The notes beneath the pieces are model-generated. The model did no database searches and was not told the DNA's origin. It saw only the letters and a list, made by a program, of their open reading frames with translations. A stretch of DNA of 62,003 bases, counting the filler, from Hausera hauseri (Eukaryota), in the NCBI GenBank assembly GCA_046269625.1. It is 11 parts of 11 records of this genome, joined end to end, with 100 filler letters (N's around TTAATTAATTAA, not from the genome) between each part and the next. Parts side by side here need not be neighbours in the genome. Positions count along the whole stretch, not along the records: positions 7,242 to 13,235 come from JBJURY010156756.1; positions 13,336 to 17,839 come from JBJURY010550784.1; positions 17,940 to 22,273 come from JBJURY010631330.1; positions 22,374 to 27,213 come from JBJURY010417366.1; 7 more parts are not named here. One strand, 5' to 3'. Shown piece after piece: positions 11,405-25,241 of this stretch (its first letter is position 1; every line of letters starts with the position of its first letter). The position numbers were made by a program, and so were the translations under genes.

Positions 11405-12830
11405 ACATGTTGTTGGGGAAATATTGCTTAAATGCAGAATTTGACCGGACGGAAATATATTCGAATAATTCTTTGAGTTGGGTTTCTTGAACCTATGTAG
11501 ACTAGAACCGGCATAATCTTTTGTCAATCTGTGATTAGCATCTTCCATCCGAAGTTGGATAACCTACGTTTTAGAAACGTGCAGATGCATATGTTTACTC
11601 TAGAGGAAACAACCGTTCAAAAATTGAATAGCAGTCACGGCTTGTTGGTTGGTTGCAAATTAAACTAGCGCCGTATTCTTTTTGTTAAACATCACCTTTA
11701 CGCGCATAACGTCACTGTAGACACCAAAAGGTGTAAAAAGTGCATCTTGATTTGATTTCTCTTCATTCAAATTAACTAGAACAACTGAGTTGTAGCCATC
11801 CATTTCGGATTCTGCGTATACATTGAAGTTTGATTCCGTTGGGTCCCTAAGCCCCAAGCATTTCCCTGATCACCCTGTCGATTGTTCATTGCAGCTGCGG
11901 CCATAAAACTTGTAGCAGTCAAAGCAGCGGCTGGAGTAATATTGACCCCTGCTTGGTTAGCCATAGCTGATAAATGTGAAGTCACAAATTGTTCCGTTCC
12001 TCTCATCATATTTGATACTCTTGAAATATTGAATAATGGAAATTTGAATTGTGGACCATCAATTTCATTTTGTTCACTTGGTGACAATGGAGGGACAGAA
12101 TAATCTCGTACCTTATCACTTTGTCGTTGAACTTGAAGAGGCCCAGGATTCTTTGAAAAATCTACACGCATAGTTCCGTTTTCACCGAGAAGATTCAAGC
12201 CATTTAATTGAAGTAGCGCAACATGTGCAGTTAGGTGACATGCAAATTCCACAAGCCCATGATGTTGACCATTTTTCGTAAATGATACAATTCTGACAAC
12301 TTGCCCGAATCGAGAAAATATTTTATAGAAAACTAAGTGATTTACAACCAAGTTCGGCGCATTATGAATCGAAATCCTTAAAATTTCTGGAGCAATACCG
12401 CGATTGTCTGCTCAATTACTTAAATAAAATTCTCGTTTTTCGTTGGCTTGTTGTACCAATTTGTCAATATTCGTATCACTATTCCTCAAATCAAGCTGTT
12501 GATGCTTAGAGAATTGCATAAAAAGATGTTTTTCATACATAAGAGGTACGTATTCATTAAAATAATAGACCATCTCAATAGCAGCACTTAAATCACGCAT
12601 TTGAATAAGCACTTGATTATTCTTTCTTACGAACACAATGTTATCAATGAAGCCAAGAGGTACTGTAAGATAAGAAACCGGAATATCATCCGATTTTTGA
12701 GGTACATTTCTGATGTGTATAACGCATGATGGATCAATGTCCGTATATTGTTCAACTTTAACCTTTTTATAAGCGTCAAAAATATATTGAGAACAATCAT
12801 AGTAGAGGAAAAATGGGAGTTCTGGCCCAA
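11405..12830 (-). pseudogene. PTBP: Polypyrimidine tract-binding protein (PTB) pseudogene, RRM1 to start of RRM4, intronless
   Basis: PSCVIHIRNVP (RRM1), FSRFGQVVRIVSFTKN...MRVDFSK (RRM2), [21 protein letters not shown] (RRM3), LTKDYAGSSLHRFKKPNSKNYSNIFP...LHLSNI (linker/RRM4); several stops and frameshifts. Confidence 0.9.
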
Positions 12831-13335
12831 AACCCTATACTCCCCCTTTTAATTGATGCGTTTAAACAAAAGTGAATTTTACGAATTGATAAACTGGTAC
12901 TTATTTATTATCCCCGATGGGGCGAATCCGTGAGTATATAGTATCCCGTATAGGGTGAATTCGTGATTATTTTTTTATCTCCCAAATATCACATGAAGTA
13001 TTATGAACAATGTATTTTAAACAACAATAATTTTATTAGTGAGTTCAAAAATGTCTAGCCGATGGCAATCATTTAGTTATTTGGGAATTATGCTGTACAA
13101 AAATAATATATTGAACATTTTCACGACTGTTTTTTTATTTTTAGAAGTTACTAAAATTATCAACACTAATATTATAATGTACCAAAAAATAAAAAAATAA
13201 TACTTTTTACTTTCAATTTACGAAACAAACTTAATNNNNNNNNNNNNNNNNNNNNNNNNNNNNNNNNNNNNNNNNNNNNTTAATTAATTAANNNNNNNNN
13301 NNNNNNNNNNNNNNNNNNNNNNNNNNNNNNNNNNN

Positions 13336-15230
<1,895 letters not shown>

Positions 15231-15512
15231 TAATCTCCATTTCTGGAGCAGTGAGAATCAGTCAAAGGACTCCAAATTCCTTACGATTCTTCGCAATATC
15301 CTCTCAAAATCTCTTGGTAGCAATCTATTTGACAAAATAAAGAACAAACATTCGAGAGGTGTCGATGAAACGGGCGTCGATTTGATTAGTAAGAATAATC
15401 TAGTGTGTAGAACAGTTCAGATATGGCAGAATTCGACATACGGGATTGAGACATTCAAACACTGGTTTGCGCCCACCAGTGCGGCCATTTTCTGCGCTCA
15501 TACACATTTTTA

Positions 15513-17272
15513 ATGGCCAGCACAAATTTTAATTTTGAAAACTTTTTAATCTCAATAACTTTGGATATTCCTTTATTTCAACCATCATTTGCCACTACTT
15601 CGCCGGCTGTACGCCCAAACCTCTCTTTAACCCAGAAGGAAATCGCTCAAGCCCCCCATGTGTTTCAACATTCTGCTGGTATTACTTCGCTGCAACTCTC
15701 CTTTCTGGTCTTCTGCAATAATCAACACATTAACACCATTAGAGCTCCACTCAACGCCACAACGCAGCTCCTATACAACTCTTTATCCTCATCACTCAAC
15801 ACTTCTAACTTCTATTTCACACATCGAGGTATCACTGTACAACATGTCGACTCCCTCCTGTCTTTCGCATGCTACGAACGTCTAGTCATACATCTCCTTC
15901 TCCATTTTCAAGTTCGAGGTGGATCGGACTCAAATCCTATTTTTTCCCAGATGATAAATCCACAAATACACACAACGTCTATCGTGTACCAAACTGTCAA
16001 CAAACACGAGCCTCGCTAAATCTATCCTGTGTGGATTTTTTTCTTGATAAAAACAACTGCAGCAAACCATGGCTTTAATTCCACTGCTGCTCCAATCATC
16101 GACACCATATGAAACACTTTGTGAGGCTGTACTCCATATCACCGATCTTTCGATAGATCACATTATACGAAAATACATTAACGATCATGCGATAGGAAAC
16201 CAAAAGCCATCCGATTTTCTCCAAACGACCATACTGCAGCTTAGCGCTTTAGGAGTAACACCTACAAATAATGCGGATTTAATTCGCCGTTATTTTTTGT
16301 TATCTTTGCCTGCCTCAATCAAAGCTTTCCTCACCGTTGTCGACAAGTCCACTGCTATCAAAAACTGGTTATAATGGCCAATAAGTTCTTTGAGATTATC
16401 CACACCAATAATTCTCTCCCAATTGCGGCTGCAACCACACATACGCAAAATATAGACACCACTTTTTTCGTTCAACGACTGCAATTGATGCAACAACAAT
16501 TTGACCCGTTACAACAGTCAATTTCAGTCATCACCGCCCAATTAAATAATCTTAATGGGCCTCGACGAAGTGACACCAGACCTTCAAAGGAGCGAAGCAC
16601 TTCAAGACACTCGACTCGAGCCATTTTACCTGGCGGACGTATGACTTGCTTCTATCACACGCATTTTCGAAAGGATACAAGGAAATGCTTATTAAGCTGT
16701 CGATTCTATAGCGAGCGATACGCTGTAAACAACTCCATCTGCATATACTACAACAAATATCAGTCACAGGCCAGGTCATGTGTGCCTGGTTGTAAACACT
16801 ACAAAAATAAATTTTCACCTTTTCCTTTCTCTTCTTTCTTGTCTCCAAATCCTTCAAAAAACTAATAATGCCGCCAGATTTTACGGCACATTCTGGCGCA
16901 GGCAATATCGCTTAATCTTCTGGCCGTTTCAATATCGCCGCTATAGTCTTTCTGTTGAAAGCTGCACTGTTATGCAGAGATACCTCACATATCGAATTCT
17001 TAATAGATTCAGGAGCAGCCTTCTCACACCTTTCGTTGTCCTTTACCCCTACATCCACAATAATTTCTTGTCCTCCGCNNNNNNNNNNAGGAACCACGAA
17101 ACTGACCTCCACTTTCGTTAACCTGCCAGATAAATCTGTCTGGAAGTTCCACGCGGCCAATATTAAATATCCCATAATAAGCTCAGATTTTCTTGCCGCA
17201 CATGATCTGTCGGTCGATTTCAAATACGGCTGTCTTCTAAGGATGAACTTTATCGCAATTCCAAGCATATGA
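15513..17272 (+). mobile_element. Gypsy (CsRn1 clade) UBL-gag-protease region
   Basis: UBL 15696-15923 ending QVRGG; capsid-like region; two CHCC-type motifs (CFYH-x9-C-x3-C and CIYY-x9-C-x3-C); AAAAAAC-TAA at the gag end; protease FLIDSGA...IISSDFL. Confidence 0.88.
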
Positions 17273-17939
17273 CTCGCAGGTAATCTAGCGAGCAGTTCAT
17301 TGCACGCATCTGTAAACATGTTGAAAGCTTTATCATCTATAAAAAAGCTTCTGATAAAGTCGGTATTCCTTCAGTTATGAACAACAACCATAAATCTATT
17401 CTCAGACAGAAATCCAAATTAGGTGTCGACAGCAGTGATGCCAGTTACTTTTCGCCAACACCATTTTACAAATATTAGATAAACAAAACACAATTACACA
17501 AATATTGATCAACACAGTAAGTCGAAAAAAAAAAAAAACACAATTGGATATATGTTAATCAGNNNNNNNNNNAAATTTGGCCCTAAAGAGTACAAGTTTT
17601 CATTCTCAATTAAATGTACAATTTGTACACTTTACCAATTTCCTTCTTCTACTCTTCTGCCATTGTTTGCACACCAGCATCCACCATCACATTAACTTTT
17701 ACAACATCAGCTTCAACCTCCGTTTCTGTAACGACCGCCTGCACCTCCCTTTCAGCCATATCCACGATCGTCTGTACTGCAACTTCTGCCACGTCCACAT
17801 TCGTCTGCACTTCCGTAACTGTCATGTCAACGGTCGCCTNNNNNNNNNNNNNNNNNNNNNNNNNNNNNNNNNNNNNNNNNNNNTTAATTAATTAANNNNN
17901 NNNNNNNNNNNNNNNNNNNNNNNNNNNNNNNNNNNNNNN

Positions 17940-18800
17940 CTTCTTCCGTTTGTTCTGCTTGGCTGGCGGAACATTCCGTCTACTTCTACAAGATACTCAC
18001 TTACTGAAGCCTTATTCGGAGCTCCCGTACGATCATTGTTCGAACTAACTGCCCTGGACGACACTCCTACAGATGAAACGATACGGGCGGTGCAAGTCAT
18101 TTCGTTACGGTGAGCGAAGATTCGTTCTGTAGGATACTTCACAAAGATAAAAATATTTACCCGGAGACTTATTTTCGGCAAAATTCGTATGGTTAAAAAA
18201 TCAAAAGCCGTGCGGTTTTTAGCTGCGGTATCTGGGGCCCTATAAACTGATACAGCTGCATTCACATAATGCTATTATCTCTAAAGAGGGCAAAGAACTT
18301 ACGGTACATGTTACCAACCTAAAGCCCGTTTTATTTGTAGACGATACTTTACCAATCGACACGTAAACCTCTTTTCTAACTCATACACTTCCTGCTGTTC
18401 CTATATCTGTTGCTACACTAGTTTCACCTCCTGCTCGTGCTCCTAGCTTTACTTCATCATTTTTCGCACCTCCTACGTCTATTCCTATCTCTCGCCCTTT
18501 CTCCACCACTCCCTCAATCTCATTTTCTACTTCTACTCTTCCGCCTAACACAATTCCAATTTCTACTTTAATTTTCGTCTCCCCTCTTTCATCCGCCACT
18601 TCACCTTCTGGCACTCCTTCGTCTTCTAACACTCTCTTGAATACCTTTAACCACCCGTCTCCAACAATCTCTCCATCCTTCACCTTCATCTTTCCTTCGT
18701 TCTGACTCGTCTTTGCACGGCACCGCACTCACAACAAAATCCGACAATTTTTTCCCCAACTTCAACTTCTGCAAGAAAACACACCGCATAAAGACAAAAC
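17940..18800 (+). mobile_element. Gypsy integrase C-terminus plus Ser/Thr/Pro-rich tail (same family as 34.7-35.5 kb)
   Basis: LPFVLLGWRNIPS...TEALFGAPVRSLFELTALDDTPTDE closely matches 34795-34930; YLGPYKL; low-complexity tail follows. Confidence 0.85.
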
Positions 18801-19076
18801 AAGCAGAGTCACATTTAGCGAGTATAGCAGGGAAAAATCAATAGAAGGCACTCAACGACTTGTTCACACTAAGACCAACTGACACAGACACTTTTCGTTT
18901 GGAGTTTTTTTCTGTCTATTTTGTTCTTTATAGTGTTCACTTTGCCACGAGGAGTGATGTGGTGCCCATAGCGGCTGGTGTCCTTTGGTCCATTTGGTTG
19001 GGCACGGCCGGGCGTCTGTTGCCGTCGCATCGGATCCATAGTTTGGCCCAATTCCCCGCCTCGAAAATTTTACAAG

Positions 19077-19740
19077 ATGGACGTGTTGCCTGTCTTAAGA
19101 AGTTAACGAACGGCGTTTAAAAGGAAGTTATGATCAACTCGAAGCCGGTAATTTTAAAAAAAGTTATAGCCGAAGCAGACAAGGTTTTGAAGAAAAATCA
19201 GACACTATTGCCAGCTAAAGTTTTAAGAACATTATCTCTTCTTCGGTTAGGTAAAGGTCATGAAGCATTCAATATGTAAATGACGTTGTTAAAACTTTTC
19301 CCGCCGATGAAAATACTTTAAATTCTTTATCTTACATTTTCAGAGAAAGCAATCAAAAAGAAAAAATTGCTGAAATATATGAAGAAGCCTTTAAATCATC
19401 ATCAAATTGAGAAGATCATTGTGCAAATTTATTTTATTGTTATGTTCGCAATTTTAGCTATTTATCGCAATAAAAGTAGCGGCTAACCTTCGAAGTATGA
19501 ATCAAAAACATCTGGAGTACGGTATGTGGCCAATTGTTAGCAACGTTCCGCACGGTGTTTATAATGACGATTTGCACCTTATTAAACTGGGAGAAGCAAT
19601 GCTAACAAACTTTCTTAAGTCAGATGCAATTCTAAGTAGTGAACTAATTAAATTTCTTATACATTTTGGAAAAATTGGATAAATTACCGGATATTCTCGA
19701 ACGGCTTAGCAGTTCAATTTTACGAGATATAGTAGAAAAT
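19077..19740 (+). pseudogene. NAA25: NatB auxiliary subunit NAA25/MDM20 N-terminal fragment, intronless, decayed
   Basis: Manual translation: GNFKKVIAEADKVLKK...PAKVLRTLSLLRLGKGHEAF...PADENTLNSLSYIFRE...IYEEAFK...LFYCYVR; multiple stops. Confidence 0.7.
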
Positions 19741-21164
19741 GATCAGCACGTATTAACGTTTGATTGAATACGAGTATCGTCATTACGGAGATTAGACAGA
19801 AAGAATGAATTGTGTATTTATTTATGGAAACGCTTGGGAAATAACAAAGATGTTTGCCTATATTCATACGAGTATAGCTCTCGAAAGGAATAATCATAAA
19901 TCGTTGTCGGATTTCGGAACGAAATCCGATAAAATCATTGATTATTTCAATCATTTTGGTGACGATCTGTATAACTTTATCGGTTTAAGTGTACTTACAG
20001 AAAGTGAACGTCTTGCTGCTTCCGTTCAATTGCCAATGCACACGGCGACTTTGGTAATTGTTTGTGTTGTTGTTCTATGCATGCAGTGATTTGCTTACTT
20101 TCACGGATTAACCGACTTTGTATATTTCTTCGTGCGACATGTCAAACTGTAAAAATTTTTTTTTGGTTGTTTAAAAGGAACAAAAGGTAAAACAGACTGA
20201 ACATTTCTCGATATTGAAAGATTTCAGTATTTAAATACAACTTACATTTCGATTTGGATTTATTTTAAGTCATAACGAATTAGTTTTCTTTAATTGCAAT
20301 TCCAAGAATTTTGACTTGCAATTTTCAAGAGCGGTATTTATATACTCAATTATTGTTTCGATCTAGTTGATTTGTTAAATTGTTGATTTATCAAATAAAT
20401 ATTTCAACAGGAATTTCACTAGATATGAAAGGAAGTTGCAGTAGTAATTATGATTACAAGTCTTATGATCTAGCGATTGTTTGCAGTGCGTCTGAAAGGT
20501 TTTCGTTTTACGTTGAACGTTACATGGATTTTAAGGTGTACTTACGACCTTATGCTTCCCAACAGATACACTCGATGTTAACGAAAATCGTTGATCGGAA
20601 TTATATGATTAAACAATATAGAGGTTTTGGTCGACTTTACAGAACACTGTATAATTACACTCCAATGACAGCAAATTTGAAATTTTTGACTAATGAATCG
20701 AAAATACGTAGACATTTCAACGTAACTAATTCGGATTTTGTAAATACCGATATTATACCGAACAAAGACTGTGAACATTTCCTGACTTGTGAGGCATTGA
20801 CATGCTTTGACTATATTTTATTGTGGTTCGTGTCGAATAGCAATGAAACTTAAATTCGCCGTTTATTTCAAACTTTAATTGGGTATTGTTTTAAATTCAA
20901 TTTATGGAAAAGGTCAAATCGTCTTTCGTTTATGTATCCTGGTTCTGACACTGATAGTGAATTAATAATAAGACTTTCTTAGGAAAATATTTTTAAACTC
21001 GGATTTTCATAAGGGCCCTATGGAAGACGCTTAGAGAGTAGCGTCGGGTTTCAAAACTGAGACGAAATTTGTAAATCTGAAAGAAATCAATATGTATGAC
21101 CGTGCTAGATAATCACACTTCCAAAGGTAAAATACAGAAATATTCGATGAGGAGTTAATTAAAC

Positions 21165-22273
21165 TTAGTCAGAAATTTTGGCGGCAGTGGTTCTCGCAGG
21201 ATCTACATTTTGAAGACGTGTTAAAAACACTATAGGTGCAACAATTAATTTTCTGTAGTTTTCATCCTCACAATATGGGTCTTTAATTTCTTTTGCAATT
21301 TTCTCTGTAATTAGAGGCAAATTCTGGACATTTGTACTTGTCGTAGGTACAACAATGTAAGTATTGTTCTCGACATTCAATCTTGGTGGAGGTTTAGGTG
21401 GCGGTTTCTTTTTTCTGTTATCTAAATTAACGTGTTTCTCTACCAGATTCTTCCATTTTTTTTCTTCATGTGCTTTTAATATTTTACCAAATGGTGTGAA
21501 AACAGCAGATAATATTTTTAATGAAAAATCTGTAAGAGTATATATTTCATATGAATTTAACAATGATGAAAGAATTGCTTTGGCTGTTTGACTGCTTAGA
21601 TAAATCGTGAAATTTCCCGCGGATACAGTACCAAAGTTTATGAAACCGCCCCATAAGGTTTTTAGGAAATTCATTGTTACTTCCTTATAGTAAAATGGGC
21701 TTAATAATTTCTCCCATCTCGCATCTTGGACTCCATCATCTAATATGCGATGTAATGTCTTATTTAAAGCTTGTTCTCTTTGGGCCGGATATCTTAATGC
21801 TTGAATCATATCATTTATCTCATCTCTAGTGTAGAAAGTAGTTTTTGATATATCTGTAAACATATTATTTTCTACCGTATGTCTTAATGCTGTCATTGTA
21901 AGTCTTTTAGGTGTCTTATGAGGTTTCTTTCGTTCTGTTAATACTACCCATGTGCCTTCATTGTCATATTTTATATAAGGCTGATATAAAGTTGTACAAT
22001 TCACAATCTTTGTTGGCACAGTGTTCTTATCTAACATTATCCGTGTTATTGGTTGTACATAACGGATTGGTTTTTTTAAGTTAATGGAATTTCTATATGG
22101 CATATATCCTTTAAAATTACTAATAGTACTTTTACTCGTTTACATTTATAAGTAAACAAAGCTTCCTCAATGATTTTTCCTTGAATTCCTTCACCTAGTG
22201 GCATTGTTGCGGCAGCCATTTCTGGATTTGTTGCTAAGATAGCCTATCTATTTTGTAAAGTCTTGAGACTGAC
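21165..22273 (-). pseudogene. Chuvirus-type/retrotransposon env-like glycoprotein, C-terminal half
   Basis: LATNPE...GKIIEEALFTYKCKRVKV...CHIEIP (frameshift) YVQPITRIM...NCTTLYQP...W...TTFYT...LRYP...LWGGFINFGTVSAG followed by hydrophobic segments. This spacing is typical of the family; the gene is cut by the scaffold end. Confidence 0.65.
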
Positions 22274-22384
22274 NNNNNNNNNNNNNNNNNNNNNNNNNNN
22301 NNNNNNNNNNNNNNNNNTTAATTAATTAANNNNNNNNNNNNNNNNNNNNNNNNNNNNNNNNNNNNNNNNNNNNATTATTGATTT

Positions 22385-22615
22385 TTTCGCACTTTCACAT
22401 GTGCTGCACACTTGCGCTTGCACCAATCGATGTGCACTGTGTACTATCGATTAGCACTTTGTACCGATCGATTCGATCAATAGTGCATTGTGCAGAGATC
22501 GATTTGTCAAGAGTGCAAAATGAACTTGGCAACGGTGCCTAACGACACCGTTGCTAGGCACTTTATGGATCGATAGTGCACAGTGTGCACTATCGATCGG
22601 CATATGTGCAAAACA
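22385..22615. repeat. Cluster of palindromes/hairpins
   Basis: Perfect 15-bp inverted repeat GATCGATAGTGCACA-g-TGTGCACTATCGATC (22568-22598), GCAACGGTG...CACCGTTGC, and many ATCGAT/GTGCAC sites. Confidence 0.7.
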
Positions 22616-25241
22616 GATTTATCGATTACCCCCCCCCCCGGGGTGGGAATGAACCTACATTTTTACACTGCTAAGGAACGTCGAAAGATATTACAATAAT
22701 GGCGTGATGCATCGGTTTCGGCTGTGGCCTCGATTTTTCGTGTTTTGGACTTTTGCACCCATAGACCGGTGGGTTGACGCGTTTGGCAAGTGTTCCACGA
22801 CCCGTCCTTGTTGGCTACTTTGGCTCCCTGAACGTTCATGCTACTAACGATGTTCTAGTATCATACTCAATAACAAACTTTGGAAAATCAATTCCTAAAT
22901 GAGAAGTTTGGACAAGATTTGGTTCAATTTGTTCATCGAACGATTTAGACGCAATTAAATCATTAATTTGTTTCTGCAATTCGTATAGAATTCTAAACTG
23001 AGATTTCAGACTATCTTCCAATTCTTTCAAGATATAAATATTTGTCAATTGGCAAAGTTGATGTGACCAACCTGGATCGGTGTCACTTTCGACAGTATTT
23101 GGTAAAATATTCTCTGTGCACTCGCGGCCTTATTTGAAATAGTTTCAGAATCGTCTGAATCAATATTATTTCACACACTATTTATGGCTTGCAAAAGTTC
23201 TCGGAATTTCTGAAAGCATACAATCTATAATTGAAGTATGTCTTTCAATTTGGCGATTCTTGCAGTTCCACAATTTTGAATCATTAACTTCAATTCCAAA
23301 GCAAACTGATTTAGATCCAATTCGCATTGGCATTCACATCATTTTCACTCAACCAAATTTGAAAGCTATTATCAATGGATTTTATTTTCAGCAAACTGTT
23401 CAATCGTAAAGCGACATCTTCGCTGTCCAGTTTTATAGAATCCAAAATAGTTACATTTTCGTTCATTTTATTTAGAACATTTTGAATATCGAGCTTTTCC
23501 TCGGAATTAATCAAGATATTGTGAAAATTAACCAAAACCGGTAGAGTTTTCATTTTATAATTATATCACCAATATTGTTCAAATTATTCAACGACTTTCT
23601 CGCTGCATCCAAATCACTTTGATATTTAGAAACATTTCATTTTATTTTCGGTTTCGGCCATTTTCTGGTAGCAATCATAAATTGAGTAAAAGCACCGAGA
23701 GGAAGATTACATGGTTGAATCACCACTTTTTTCCTTTTAAATAGCAAAATTGTTGTTTGACTGGGGTGGTTTAATTACGAATTCAAAAAAAAGAAAACCG
23801 ACAATATTTTAATAATTATACACAGTAATTCTTTTAAAAAATGATTTTCTGTTCAGTATGGATATTTATATTCTAAATAAAATATTTATTTCACTCATTA
23901 TCAGAAAATCCCGACAGAAATGTACGGTGTTTTGAAAATTGGGATGTTTTAATTCGATTTTCGTCGGGGTGGATTTAAGCACTCCGAAAAGTTATTTATT
24001 TGTTGTAATAAGAAATTCGGTGATCTTGATCACCACATAACCCAGTACAATTAAAATTGTCACTAAAGATTTACCGATACTGCACCCTGGTCAAGTAGTT
24101 AGGTTCAGGATGGTACAAGTAGACGAGGAAAACAAAAGTAGTAAAGTAAGTCGCAATCAGGTAGTAAAAAGCAATAGCAGATAACGAGAAATACTGTCTA
24201 CGGAATAGACAGCATCTAAGTCCGACATCAGATCAAATATTTCCGATCAAACTTACTCGAATTTAGATACTTTAAAAAGTCGAAATGGTGTAAGTATCAC
24301 ATCTCAACAGATTTGTTATTTCACCATCGGGAAATCCGAAGGAACTACATAATGGAAATACTTCCGATACCTAATTACCAAATAAATATTTGGTTGATTC
24401 ATAAATCGATCCAACAGATAGAAATTTGTCGGAAAAATATCGAATGTCACAACCCAGTGATTCAAGATTTGGAAGAAACATTAAATGTATCTGAAAGAGT
24501 ATACTTAGAACAATTTGAAAGATTTTACGAAATTAGACAATATTTAGTTTGGTTAAATATTGTATTGAATTGAAAAATATAATTTTTGAATAATCTTACA
24601 TGATCACTTATCGTATAGAAAATATAGAATACAAAATAATTGGCCAAATATGGATATCACGTACATCTGCAATCAGCAAAATCACGAAATATGTACATAA
24701 AATGCTGTAAAATTGTTTATTAACCATTTTTGTATTGCTTTAATTAGCAAAATGTCTGAATAATATCCTAAATTTTAAAATTTATATATAAGTATTTCTA
24801 CATGAGGCATGATATAGTTTCATGTTCTTGATGCAGTAATAACTTCAATTCCATGTGCATTCGATGTTGTGTTAAACCAATACATTCGTATAATGTCTAA
24901 GTGTTAGACTAACGTTGCTTGAATGCTATCTATGGCATTTACATACTCTAATGGCATTAAATAAAATAACGGTTACTTTCACGTAGGGGATACTACACGC
25001 GTACCGAAATAATTTAATAAACAAAGTCATTGGAATAATCGTACTTTATTAATAAGTTGTTTAAATAATTCTTCACTTTTAATCGAAAAATCATGCAGCT
25101 TCACTTTTTCATTACCATTTCATTTTTCGTATAATTCACAGAGTTAATACATAAATAAACGCTAATTTATTAATTCCCTCCGTATTATTATTGAGAAATT
25201 ATAAATGTTATTACATAAGCTAAATTATCTTTTTTTTATAG

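Noticed and set aside
15360-15512. Candidate 5' LTR/PBS for the UBL-gag element
   Set aside because: No second LTR copy in the window and no convincing tRNA complement.
19805-20853. ORFs between NAA25 and the glycoprotein
   Set aside because: They look coding-like but no family was recognised; left uncalled.
22836-23665. Possible spectrin/coiled-coil gene fragments
   Set aside because: Too decayed to assign a family by eye.
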